From: Klebsormidium nitens
Taxonomy: Eukaryota > Plantae > Klebsormidiophyceae
Assembly (NCBI GenBank): GCA_000708835.1
Contig: DF237177.1
Location: forward strand, 1 to 64,000
Direction: 5' to 3'
Length of the DNA stretch: 64,000 nucleotides
Below the pieces are notes generated by a model. It saw nothing but the letters and a program-made list of their open reading frames with translations, did not search any database and was not told the DNA's origin. Below, in pieces: positions 34,201-46,675 of this stretch. The translations under genes were made by a program, and so were the position numbers. The stretch's first letter is position 1. Each line of letters begins with the position of its first letter.

Positions 34201-37200
34201 GGCAACGAAGAAGGGCTATCGAGCCAAAGTAGAGAGTCTCGCAAACCGCACCAGTGGGAGTATATGCTTAAGAACCACTAAGTAGGAGCGCGGGGTACTC
34301 AGCCGGACCACAGCGGCTGACCTTTGTTGATCTAGTCGCACCGCTTACCAAGACCGTAAGCACCCCACCGAAGCTCGCAAGCACTTCTACGACTCCTGCT
34401 CAATGATAGTAGATCACAGAGGACCGCACCTTCGCTGTGGGAGCCCAAACCGCTAGACTGACGGTGTCCGCTGCGAAGTGAAGCCCCAGCGGTCCATCGT
34501 AAGCGAAGAGGTCGTCCAGCACGCCCGGCAGCTGCACCGACGTGGCGTCCAACGGACGTCCGCCTGAAGAGAAAATGACCGGGTAGGATCGAACTCCCGG
34601 CATCGCTTTTGCAGGGTTTTGTGCTTTGGAAGGGTGTATTTTCGAGATACGGTTTGAAATGGTGTATTTTCAAGATAGGGTGTGAAAGGTTTGCTTCACG
34701 TGTTCCTGGTCAAAGGAAGATCAGTCAGTGGGATCGAGTCCCTTGGCGGATCCAAGCAGCAACATCTTACCACAATCTGCAAAAGCTGAAGGACTGCTGC
34801 CTCCGACGCTATGACCTGCGAATTGATTGACAATCCTTCACTTGCGGTACCAAGCCGAATGCCTTCATGCGGACAGAATCATGTCCAGATGTCTACTCAG
34901 GATTTGGTCCAAACGAGTTACTTCAAAGCTCAGGGAGCAACGCGTCCGCCATTGCTTGATGCAGAATACATGTATACGAGAGCACCCAGCTATCAACGTC
35001 CAGACTTGCGCTCAATGATCGACTTTTCGGGGATAACAAGTGATGTCATTGAGTATCGGCAGATTCCGGAAATTGCATTTCGAACGCACCTGCGGACGCA
35101 GATACTGCCACCTGCCCCTTGACCAGCGTCCGGACGTCCACACCTTCCGGAACGCGGAGGGCGGTGAGCCCCTTTGTGTAGGGGAATTTCGCGAGCGCCT
35201 GCAAAACGAAATAAATTCGTTTGAATCACCAATCTCAACAACTCAGCAGCATAGAAGCCCGTTCTTGATTTGAATAGTAGACTTCTCTCGTCCACACCAC
35301 TGAAGACTTCGAAAAGTCCTGCTCGAAGTCGGAGGTCCTCCGTTGCCTAGATAAAGTTTCGAAGCAGCAAGTTCAAGACGGAAGCATGCTTGTCGAGCTT
35401 TCCAGTTTCGACATGCTGCCTGAACACACTGCTGTCCTCCTGACTTCCGACTATTTCAAGAGCTGTTTGGAGGAGAGCTTCTCTCTTTCTACTTTAGCTG
35501 CTGGTAGTAATACTCCAAATAGCGACACGAACAGCTCTGTTAGCCGATCTCTACGCAACGAGCTCGACGGAGTTGCGACGAAAACGCAAAGAAGCGGAGG
35601 TAAATTTTTCACCTCGGATGGCAGCCCGGCTGAATCGACTTCAAGTTTGATCGGCTCGATGCCACCTGCAAGATAAGGGGATTTTGGGTTGGGTCACGAC
35701 CTCCGAGCCGCTCGAGTTGATCTTTGTCATGACGAGTAGCGTGATGGGGGTCGTGCATTACACGAGTTTACTGGACGTTACGACCATAAATGGCCAGTGA
35801 ATCGCAGTGGCCACTATAGAAAACAAATCGCGGGTCGATCCTTCCACCTTCAACTGCTTCGTCTCTGAGATTGCCTGCACCATCGTTCTCTAGACGGCAA
35901 AGTTTTTGCCTTTCTATGCGCGCTGATCGACTGCCCTTGTTGGTTACGCCGAACGCCCACCAATGAGCGGCAGAAGAGACTCAAAGTTGGACACGGGCGT
36001 ATTGACCAAGTAGGAATAGAAGTCTTTTTCGAGAATATTTACCTTGGATTCCATCTGCGTTAATCTCAAGCTCGGCGTCCTTGCAGGCGTGCAGGAAATA
36101 CTCGATTGGGCTCCCATTGGCATCTGCCGGGTCCACGCTCCAGGCTATGACGTCCTTCGACAGCCACAGCGCCTTGGCAGAGGATAGGTCACCCTGGAGA
36201 GTGCGCAGATGGAAACATAGAAAGAGTAAATGCCCGCCTCTCAAGAGTAATGATCCAAGTGAACGAGTGGAATCGTAAGCCTGCAAGCCATCGTCTGGTC
36301 TTCGGAAGCATCCAGCAGAGCCAAATTTGGACGGACCCTTCCAGGCCTTCCTCCAAAGCTTTGCGACAGTCGATTTACTGACTTTCGTGCTCAACCTTCT
36401 CTTTCAATTCTCGGTTCTAATCTCACGATCTCAGTCGAGTAGTTCAACAGTGCCAAAGTTGTTTCCGCTCAGGAAAACGCTATTGCAGAGCCTACTGCTC
36501 TATGCGGCTGAGGGTGGTGAGTTCCCCCACCTGCGGCATATTTGCTGGATCCGGCTGCTCGATATAGAGGTTCGGCTTCCCAGAAACGAGCCACACTTCG
36601 GGGCCACTGAAGCCAGACAGCGCTCCGCCTGCGTCCTGCATAAGATTAAGAAAATGAATGCTTTGAAGTTGTTTCTTTCAGCATGAGAAAGGCTTCAACC
36701 CAGACCCATCCATTTGCATTTGCTGGAGGAACCTCAGTGGATGTACTCATTGGTGCTGACTTTCCCTGAGAGATGTCCAGTTTTGTTTCATTATTACAGG
36801 TGCTGCACAGCCATTGTTTGAGGCAAACCTGGTGACAATTGACCTGGCTTCATCTCTAGAACTTTCTTCAGCCTTTCAAAGATCTTAGTTATGAGGGTCG
36901 CATGAGGGATCTAACGATCAAAAGGTCATATCTGAGACCACCACCAACTAAGCTCCTCCAACAAATGTGGTCAGGACGCTGGCACATGTGGTCATTCTCA
37001 GGTCCAACAGCTGCCTTCCAAGCTTCCGCCAGATCCTTTCCCCAAGTCATTCGTTCTTTGCTGTCCTTCTCGCTTCCGTGGTCGTCTATACTTCCTAGTA
37101 GCTTTCCCAGAAAGTTCGCTTCAGCTGTGTGGCTTACCTTCTCGTCCCCCCGGTGCACCAGGAATTCTGCGGTCCCCCCCTGCTCGAGCAGCTCCACCTC

Positions 37201-38600
37201 CCAGAAGACGCCGAACCCGTCCTCTCCTGCCGGCTCCAGTGGCGCGTGCCAAGGGGTCTCGGTTGTCGCCTCGCCCCACAGGTGCAAGCCCCACCCCTGA
37301 TATTGCTGGTCCTTTCTGAGATAGTGAAACAAAAGCTGGTGTTACTGTCCGATTGAGTCAGTCGAAGCTTTGGTTGGCTACTGTGATTTGACATGGTGTA
37401 GTCAATCTTCAGCGAACCTGATGAAGGGCTCGCTTACGTTGTCTTATGGTGGGTCACCGATTGACTTGGCTGATCAGTTTTCATCGGCTGATCAAGGATG
37501 TCGCCAGACGAATACAGCCCCTATGAGTGTCACACAATGTGCAGGTCCTGGAGAGTGTTATCAGATTGCCTTTAGGAAGGATACATTCCTGTGGGATCCT
37601 CATTCTTCCAGGACAGGCTTTGCTTGTATGATGGGGTGCACTGAAGCCTTGTGTAGCTCTCTCTGAAGTTTGATTATTTAGTGGCACCCAGTCACAGAGT
37701 TTCAACAAGAGCGGAACAGTCAATGCCAGTATTGCGCCACTTTCTTCCATCTGAACCATCTCGCAGGGGAAGATGTTCATCTGAGTGCAGCCTCCACCAT
37801 GCTGAGATCAGCACAGGCTCAATGAATTGGGGGACACACACCTGTAGTAATGCACCTTGATGGTTTTTGTTGTGACCGCTGGTGCCTTGGCTTCAACAAC
37901 CTCAGCAGATGATCGCACTTGCACCACCCTGGGTCTGACGAGGGGAACTTTGCCTCTAGACTGTGCTAGTTGCAACCCAGAGAACGCAGACTTCTCAAGA
38001 AACTGTCTTGCGACCACTCTGCTAGGAGATCTTGGAAAAACTGGAAGGGGACAGGCTGGTAAGGTTTGTGATCTTGTTGGAGTTTTGCAGCAAGAAATGT
38101 TGTAGAATGCAGACTGTGTGCAGATCTGCACCTGCAAATAACCCATTGATTGGTAAGTTTTTTGCACGCAAGACTGAGATCTATACACAAGTATGCTGAT
38201 TATCGCCAAGGATTGTTGATACAGTTTGGACTGCATAAAACAAATGAATTCAACTTAATCATTGAAGTATAGTTAAAGATCTTTGCAGACGTACCACCAA
38301 TTTATAGCCACCTCAGAGCAGATGCATTGAATTCCTTGGCGATTGATCTTCATACCGTACACACATCATCATGGAAACCCTCAGCAAATTGCTCAAAATC
38401 AGGGAAGATTCGGGAAGTGCTTGCTATCACTCGTGCTTGGGTTGATGCACTACAGCAATCTGGCAGTTCCTGCAACAGATCTGTCAGTATCAATCGTCAT
38501 TATTGCCATCGAAGTAGCTGATTAGGCGTTACAGCAGGACATTGAGAACATGTGTAGGGGCATTCTCAGCGAATGAGCGCTTTACCTGCGCAGACGCCAT
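25236..38600 (-). CDS. PU1: Plastid pullulanase / limit dextrinase (GH13) with transit peptide and CBM41-like module, 25 exons, about 1076 aa
   Basis: Exons 38600-38586, 38131-37842, 37315-37138, 36635-36531, 36193-36043, 35665-35613, 35198-35090, 34563-34430, 33944-33739, 33344-33134, 32697-32492, 31969-31876, 31397-31302, 30978-30838, 30378-30164, 29718-29628, 29340-29269, 28856-28800, 28375-28307, 27925-27794, 27296-27130, 26689-26551, 26245-26151, 25838-25739, 25340-25236, all in phase. Motifs [65 protein letters not shown]. Confidence 0.96.
30570..30825. repeat. Degenerate TTCGGACGG-motif repeat filling pullulanase intron 14
   Basis: About 9 imperfect copies of TT(C/G)GGACG(G) at irregular spacing; a looser GCGGAC cluster occurs at about 28600-28745. 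Confidence 0.65.
32030..32063 (-). repeat. Intronic copy of the 5' part of pullulanase exon 12
   Basis: 34 nt with 1 mismatch versus 31934-31967 (CTGC(C/T)GTCCGGCACGCCGTAGTGGACCGGGTCAT on +). Confidence 0.9.
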
Positions 38601-38800
38601 GGCCAGGAAGAAGCTCCGCCTGAGCACGGGCCTCCACTTTTAAACGTAGATCTTGCTACAGTGGACCGCTAGCTCAGGTTGTACATCCTAGGCTCTACAG
38701 CGTTGCACAAATCCAATGCAAGCCACCTTTTCGCTCCGATGAATTGCTAGGTAGGACTCCGTACTAGGCCAGACGCCATATTCAAAGATTTTGTGCACAA

Positions 38801-38813
38801 GGTTTTAGGGTTT
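38801..38813 (+). promoter_or_regulatory. Telo-box-like motif in the divergent promoter between pullulanase and the coiled-coil gene
   Basis: GGTTTTAGGGTTT, 200 nt upstream of the pullulanase ATG. AAACCCTA telo-boxes are established plant promoter elements; function here is inferred. Confidence 0.45.
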
Positions 38814-39477
38814 GCACGCCTGTAGGCAGCCCCAAGATATGCCAGCTGTGAACATTTGCAGCCGTAAAAAGCTCTCCCACATGGCAATCCGACGGTTGCA
38901 ATCTAAGCAACTGTGCAGCTGCCAAATGGCGCACTATCAGCCGTTCGATCCATTACGTGGCAGCATCTGTGATGTCGAATTGTTGACCAACCCTGCTGCT
39001 GAACCTCATGCGGCATGCCCGGTTCAAATTCGAAAACTTGGTTGCACCTTGCAAGAATTCCCTGGAGTCCAGCTCACAGCTTAGTAGAGTCTAGACACAG
39101 CTAATTTTCGGTCCTCGAAAGCAGCTCTTGGCGGAGCCTCCGAGGAGGATACAGGGCTGTATTCTTTTCATCTTTCTGACTTTCATCCTTCAAGTTCCGG
39201 CTTCGAAAGCTTGCGCCTTTGTGTCGTCGTTCATCAATTCCCATACGGTTGGAGACTTGCTCTGGAGTCTGGACCAAGGATCTGTCAACAACCGCAGATA
39301 TGTACGCTGAGTTGCTCAGTTATCTAGCTGGTACAGGGTTCAGTGCCAGATGGAATGAAGTGACCCACTGTCCAGAATGCAGTCAGCGTCAACTTCAAAA
39401 AGCGCGCTCCAGAAGTCATTCAGATGCATCATATTCCACATCTCGGCAATTGTGAGGATAGAAGCCGCTGACAGAGA

Positions 39478-42400
39478 ATGACAGACGAACGTGCGTCCCC
39501 TGTTGTAATCCGGGAGCGGCCTCGAAGTGCCACAAGGGCTCCCTCTGCACCAGGGCCCTTGGTGGCAGAAAGCAGCGCTGGGTCCCTCAGAGCGGCTAAC
39601 CCGAACCCTAACCCTAGAGTGCTCGTAGTGCCAGCTTTTAGAGAAGCCTCGTATCAGGAGAGGAGGGGCTGGGAGGCGGCATGGCAGAGTGTGAAGAAGG
39701 CGTGCGAAGACATGCTCGGCAGCCTTGGGGAGGCTGTGCAGGTAAGAGATTGCCTTGGCATTGACGTATGATTGGGACTATTTCTCTTGCAGACAGTGGT
39801 TGGGGAAAAGGTGTGAAAGTGATTGCGTGATGTGCCTTGATATACTGTATTCCTTACGGCGGTACCTTTACCTTCCTTCTAGACGTGGTAAAACCTGGCT
39901 CCTCATTAGGAGGGAGCTCTTATCTGCATGCTTGTCCGATGTTTTCAGCTTCCAGAGGGAACTAGCTTCTGCCGTGCTCTCTCCCACCTACACCAGTGTG
40001 ACACTGTCACACTGGTGTCCTATGTACCTTGGATTACAGACCTTGAGAAGTCACAATCTTGTCGAGATTGAGCAACGCAAGGCGGCAACAGCCTTCATTT
40101 CTTACAGCAATGGAAGCAGGAGATGAGCCCCCGCCGCGCCGCCCAGTCGCCCCAGATCTCAGACACCACCCGGAAAATCCAGGCCAAGCGGATCCTGGCA
40201 CGCATGGAGAAAGCGCACCGCGAGATGCTGGCGATGCAGGCGGACATGAGCGAGCTGAGCCTGGGGACGCAGCGCCTTCAGAGCATGCTGGCCAAGGCGC
40301 AGAAGAGCAGGGTAAGCTGAGTGGCAATCTTACTTTGCCCGGAGATAGGCACCCGAGGGACGGGTAATTGTTAGCTTGATCATCAGCGTAGGTTGGCTTT
40401 GTAGCGCTTAGTCATTGAGTTAGGGCCTCTTAGATGAAGTTGCCGGTTCCGAAAAGTTCAGGCGAATGCCCTTTGCTGCATATGACGATTGCAACTATGG
40501 CGAAGGAGAGGTGGTACTCTTACAAAAAGAAAGCTGAAAAGGGAAAAGCTGTGTAACCGCGGGTGTCAAGTCCCGTCCTAGAGTAAGGCTGTTATTGATG
40601 ATTCAATGCTGTCAGGAGTAGGATCCTTAAGTCCACAAGTGCAGTCCTCCTTGGCCAAGTATAAGTACTTTCTCAATGGCCTGCCAACTAGTAACATACT
40701 GTATTTTGATGCTCTTTATAAATACCACTTCAGTTTCAGCATGCCTTGTTTTCCCATGATATAGCATAGCTGTCAACAGCCTGGCCTTCTCACGGATATA
40801 CTGGCTCGCCAATTGAGAAGATTCGTTTTGGATTTGAGGCAAACGAATCGCAGGCCTGAGCCAGATCGAATATCGAAACGCTTACAGTTTGTTGCAGGCG
40901 GAAGCACTCTCGAAAGTTGACCAGCTGGCAGCGGAGAAAGAAGAGACAGAAGGGAAATTGGGGGTGAGGTCCTGGGACACTTCGTTCCCGCTTTCACATA
41001 CCTACAATGATATGCATCTTTGATTTTACTGCAGTCTCGAGGGTGCTGCCTTGGATCCAAAAGGCCTTTAGTAATTTCCATAGTGATTTGCTCTAGCTTG
41101 TTGATAGACTCGGTCATCAGCGACCACTTTGGAAAGGAGAACAGTCGCTTCAATCTTCCCCAATCTAACAGTGATATAATCCGTTCGGTTCGAGAAGAAA
41201 TGCGTTTGAAAAGAAGTCTACTTGGCACTTGTAGGGTGTACAAAAGGCCTATTCATAAATCTTTATCCTGCTGGATCTTTGGCAGGAAGCAAACGAGCGG
41301 ATTGGGGAACTGGAGGTGGAACTAAAGGAGGCACGGGGCACGGCAGAGCGAGCGAGATTCGAAGCGCGCCAAACGGAGCAGTCGTCGGAAGAACGGGACC
41401 GGGAGTTGCAAGGGGCTCGACAAGAGATAGCGAGCTTGGGGGAGGAGCGAGCTGCTCTTAGGTAAGGCCTACAGTAGTTGCTTCTTTCGTCTAAGGGCGT
41501 GAAAGGTTATTTTTTATCCCGCTGTTGGGGCAGCTCTTGGATTCTGGCAGGCCGGCCGACGTGTAGAGGAACCGCAACTTTTCCACAGATTTTGGCGCAA
41601 CGGAAGGCAGCTATCGCGAACAGCATGACTTGCCTTCTTACAGGGACCAAGGATCCAAAAATCAGGTATCAAGGAAACTTTCAAGACTTTAAGGCTCAAA
41701 AGACTTGAAAGGATGCAATAGGTTGTCAAACATGCTGGGCTCTTGTGATAGAATTCAGTCAATTCAAGGGGAGGCTTTGACTGCTCGTTAAGAACGTCTA
41801 ACCACTTCTGGTTCGCAAGTCATGCACCTTGGCCTGCTCGGTGAAGAGTGTTTTCCGTCAGGACATTACCGGTCAGCCTATCCTGGTTATGCGGGTAATG
41901 AGCTCAACAATCTGAGCCGCTCGTCATCGCAGACGATCTCATAAGCGATTGCCATGGTGCGTATTTTCTCATGGCTTTGGAAACGTTCGAGCTCCTATCA
42001 CAGCAATTCAAGTGTCGTATTCGCCGTTTGTTTGACACCTTGCAACCTTTGAATGCATCGATCTCGTCCATCTCCGCCGCAGAGTCTGCATCAATCGAGC
42101 TTGATTACTGCCCAGCTCTCACCAGCTCTGTAATGTTAGCTAACCCCGACAAGCGCCAACTATCTGTATACTGCATCCTCCTTCTCTAAAACCCTCCCTG
42201 GAAACCACATTGAGAGCGCTGATCTCATAGATGACGACTCAGGCGTGCACTCAAATCTATAAGGCATGGAGACCGTGGGATGAAAGACCGGATCTGCACT
42301 TTGACAACCTCACTTTCACGGACCCGAACCGCAGGGAATCGAACGAGCGGTTGCGGGCGGAGCGGGAAGCGGCGGTCACGGACATGGAGCGGAAGGAGCG

Positions 42401-45400
42401 CGAGCGTTCGGATGCTGCGCGCATCGCGGAGGACGCTGCGGACACTGCCGGACGGTACAAGGAGGCCGTGGCGCGGCTGACGGCGGACAACATGATCTTT
42501 CTTATGAAAGTAAGCACAACTCGACAAACTTAGTCTTCTAAATGCAGGCTTGCCCCAACTTCGGACACCCGCAGCTTGCTCGGAACGTGCCGTAACTGGT
42601 CCGAGACCCGGTCCGTGTCAGTTGCGGACGGCCAAAGGCCCAGCTGCGCGTGACGGGTTTCCAGCACGTCTTACGCATGTGGAAGAAAGCGGAACCACAA
42701 TGTACTCAGATGGGGGAAAATGTGGGGATATTTAACCGGAGCCTTCTCTCGTTGGGCAGAATAGAATTGTTTTGTCAGTTGCAGCAGTCCCCGACTGTGC
42801 TTAATGACCTCTCAGTTGGGCCTTCCACCCAAGTGCATAAATCCCTGCGGAGGAGGAGACAGGAAAACCCAAGAGCATCACATGAGTCACTGCGTTTCGT
42901 TATCCGGAGCGACAATCTGAAGAAAGAGTAAGCTTCTCTTCGTCGAGAAGAACGTCAGGTCTTCGTTTGTCGTATGTGCCACTTGCGGGAAGCGTTTCCT
43001 AATCTGAAGCAAGTAGTACGAGAAATGGCATGTGGCACCCCAACCTTCTGGGCTTTAGTTACGAAACAATGCTTCTATTCGCCGAAAAGAAGGTTCAAGT
43101 CTTCCATTGTCATTTATGCCAGTTGCGGACGGCCGAGGCCCAGCTGTCGGCTGCGGACAAGGAGCGGACGGAGCTGCGGACGGTGGTGGAGATGAAGCAG
43201 GGGGAGTGGCTGGACAGGGCACGCGCGCAGGTGGAGGAGCGCGTCAAGGAGAGCTTGCGCAAGGTGAGGCCAGAATTGCTGTATTCCCTCCGTCTCTTCT
43301 GAAAGACCTCGCTGTAAACTATGATGTAAAATCGCAATGCCAAGGCAGACTGCGCAAGGTAAGAGCGAGTTCGCCCTAGCACCCTCCGCTTCTTTTGTAA
43401 CAGTAGGCTGCTGAGATCGATGACGTCAGTGCTGGAAGGGGGTCAATAGCTGGACAGAGCACGGGCGCAGGTGGAGGAGCGCGTCAAGGAGAGCATGCGC
43501 AAAGTAAGGGCGAAATTGCCTTACCCCCTTGCCTTCTTTCTAATAATAAGCTTTGATTGTTGGTTGAGATTAGTTGGCTGCGGAGGGATGAACGGTTGGA
43601 CAAAGCACGGGCGCAGGTAAAGGAGCGGGTCAAGGACAGCATGTGCAGGTTGCGGACGAATTTGATTCTCGCCCTAATTGTCGTTTTCCTTTAAGCACAG
43701 GTTGGTGTGATGACTGATCGATCTTTCAACAATTATTCGCACAAGAGCGACTATGCTCTAGCCCCTCTTCTTCTTGTCAAGTATAGGCCGTGATTGATGA
43801 TTGGGCGATCTGAAGTGCATGAAGACAGCATCCGCAAAATTCAAACGAGTTTGCCCTACCCTCTAGTGATCTTCCCAAGTATAGGCTGTGACTGATGAGT
43901 GAAAATCTTCCGGCCGGGTCCGTGAAGACAGCATGCGCGAGGTAAGAGCGGTTCCGCCCTTACCCTGTATCTTCTTTTCATTAGAATAGGCTGTGATTGG
44001 GAAATAAACGCTTTTCACGAGGTGCGTCGAGGACAGCACGCGCAAAGAGAGAAGATGTACGCTGCGGCCAGATCGTGAAAAAGAAAGCCGACTGTGGCTC
44101 CTATCGAGGCAGCTTTTCTTCTTCATCTACTCATTACGTTAAGTTTCAAATCTGTTTAAACTTCCAGTCAACCTCTTTCTGAGTTATTTGTGGGTACCCC
44201 TGTGCAGGCGGAGCAGTCTGAGAAGCAGCTGCAGCGTGCGCGGGCTGAGGCGGCTGAAGAAGCGCGGCAAGCAGCCGTGGACCTGGCCCGGGTGAAAGCG
44301 GACCTGGACCTCGAACGAGAGCGGCGGCGGGAGTGCTCGGACGAGCTAGAAGATACCAAAGTCAGGTGGGTACGCGACTGAGTTGAAACGTTTGTTGAAG
44401 AATGTTGCCTCCAACGTGTAGAGAGCTGCTACACTTGAGGATCCGGGTTCCAAACGAGTGGCGGGGGGACAGGGTCTAGACGACGTTTGACAATAACAAG
44501 CCGCGTCGCAAACCCTACTGGGAGCGGAGATATCTACTCAACTTCATTGACAACATCTGACAACCTTGATTCCAAACCCGAGATGTGGATCTCGTATTCT
44601 CCCCCACAGAAAGTGCAGCAACAGTGCACAGAAGAAAACATCCCGAATCTCGGATGCAGGTCCGGCGCCCCTTTTCGTTTCCTTGAACCCCCGAAAGGGA
44701 CGGGGTCTTATTGACAAGGACTACGCAGACCCAATATCGGATAAAGGCGCAGGTGGCATCGCTCGGATCAAGTCCCGAAGTTTGCCAGTCATCTCTCGAC
44801 GTGCTTCTCGGCTCCAACCGTGCTTCCGTGCTGTTGGTTTCATGCAGGCTGGCAGGGGCGGAAGAGCGGCTACGTTTTCTGGACGCGCAGTCGACGCAGG
44901 ACCAGCTGGCGCGCCAGGACGCGCAGGCCGAGACACGTGTCCTGCGGGCGGAGGTCGACTCGTTGCGGCGCCACGTGGCAGCGCTGGAGGAGCAGCTCGA
45001 GGGGAGTCGGAGCGAGGTGCAGGTGGGGCAGAGCCCGTTCTAGTTGTTGCTTTTTGAAGGAGATGACGATGTCTGGCGACTGTCCCTGGCTTTGGGGAGT
45101 GGCTTTGATGTTTGAATGTGTTAAAGTTGGAACACTAGCAGAGATGTTGAAGTCCAGTTTAATGGGTTTTTATGTCAGGCATTGGACCTGCCATATCATG
45201 TCGAGCTTTCTACCTGCAGAATGCTCACTGAATTTGCCTACTCAAAGATCCGCTCCCTCGAAGGCAACCTGTCCGCGCTTGTCTTCAGTTTGACCAACTA
45301 GAGACAGTTCTTCCTTGGAGTGGGACTCGAGAGTCGAGACCTCCGGCGAACAGTGTAATTGCTCCTTGGCAAGCGACGGCAGTAGTACGTAAATTATCAT

Positions 45401-45644
45401 CGTGAGTACGTCTGACGGAAGTTGTTTTTTATTTCTGCCAACGCAGCGTCTGACGAACACAGTCGCCTCGCAAGTTGAGGAGGTTCGGAAGCTGTCGGGC
45501 GAAGTGGAGACGCTCGCGGCCTCGTTGACTAAGCAGCAGGCGGTCAATGAGGGCGTCATGAAGAAGAAAGAGCAGGTTGAGTGGCAACTGCTCGAGTTGC
45601 AGGCAGAATGCCAAGAATTGAAACGGACAACAGCAACCACGTAG
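39478..45644 (+). CDS. Uncharacterised coiled-coil protein, 9 exons, about 518 aa
   Basis: Exons 39478-39741, 40108-40311, 40898-40963, 41286-41461, 42335-42509, 43123-43263, 44208-44365, 44848-45022, 45447-45644, all GT-AG and in phase. E/R/A/L-rich heptad-like sequence; family not recognised. Confidence 0.85.
43340..44060 (+). repeat. Decaying tandem array (about 6 copies) of the exon 6 3' end plus donor in coiled-coil gene intron 6
   Basis: 43449-43500 matches exon 43209-43260 with 3 mismatches in 52 nt; weaker copies near 43341, 43596, 43815, 43915 and 44015. Confidence 0.85.
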
Positions 45645-46675
45645 GTAAAGATTGTAACTTTTGGTACGTCTAGGTTGAGACTCGTTATATAGGCAGTAGG
45701 AAGGTCGAGAAAAGCCGCGTATTGTGTCTATACGAGTCGGACGTAGAATACACAATACAAATCTGGATTGAAAGTTGAAGGTGAAACCCCTTGTTTTTCG
45801 GAAACTTCAGTGGGTCCGATTGGCTGCTCGAGCCATATATATGCATGTTTCATGAAAGCCTTCCAGCTGTTTCCTATTGAGGCAGTCGAACATTGTGACA
45901 CTGTTCGGTATGAAGTACTAGCTGCAACATGAATCTACATACTTGGATATGAAAGTCGATGAACGATTCTACATGCGCATAAATATTGCTGGGGCGATCA
46001 TGATCTGCATGAGTGACCCAAGCAGCCGCGCATAGACGTACCGCTGGCCCGCAATTGCTGCACGGCGGCTGGCATTCGAGGCTGCATGCATGTATCACAC
46101 ATGGCGCGGCCGTCCTCATGGCAGCATATACGCACGATGCATATCTAGGATCGCGCAGCCTTAAGTATAGCGCGCATGTACGTGGAGCGGCCGTGAGCTT
46201 GATTGAGTTCATTCGGATTGCATCCGTGATATGCAAAGAATGATTCTCGACTCAGCTAAGAACTGCGTCCAGGTAAACACAAATACGCAGGCCAGCTAGG
46301 TCAGCTGGGACTTTCAGCTAGATTTGAGACCGGACATTGACCTAAAATTGAGACACCGAATTTAGATCATTGCAGGTTGTCAGTCAACCTTGTTCTTTCC
46401 GGAATTTGAGCATACAGCGACAAGATCTGCAGGGGCTCTGCAAACAATTGGCGGTTGAGATACAGCACTTAGCGCGCTTCGGCTTACCAACCTGCTGACA
46501 ACGTTCGCTAGCCAGCGCTCTCCGACCAGCTTTGGAACTCTTCTAAAGCTTCTTCCGACACGTATGGTCTCAACTCCCACATGATGCTGTAGGCTTGGAG
46601 CACATGACTTGGACTGTCGAGCTTCAAATCGTTGATGATCCTTGCCTGCAGAACATAAACAAGTTACCTTAAGTT

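Noticed and set aside
43200-44060. Repeat-spacer-like periodicity suggestive of a CRISPR array (also 53521-53940 and 866-1415)
   Set aside because: Units are degenerate copies of host exon sequence inside spliceosomal introns, with irregular length and no cas genes; the context is eukaryotic.
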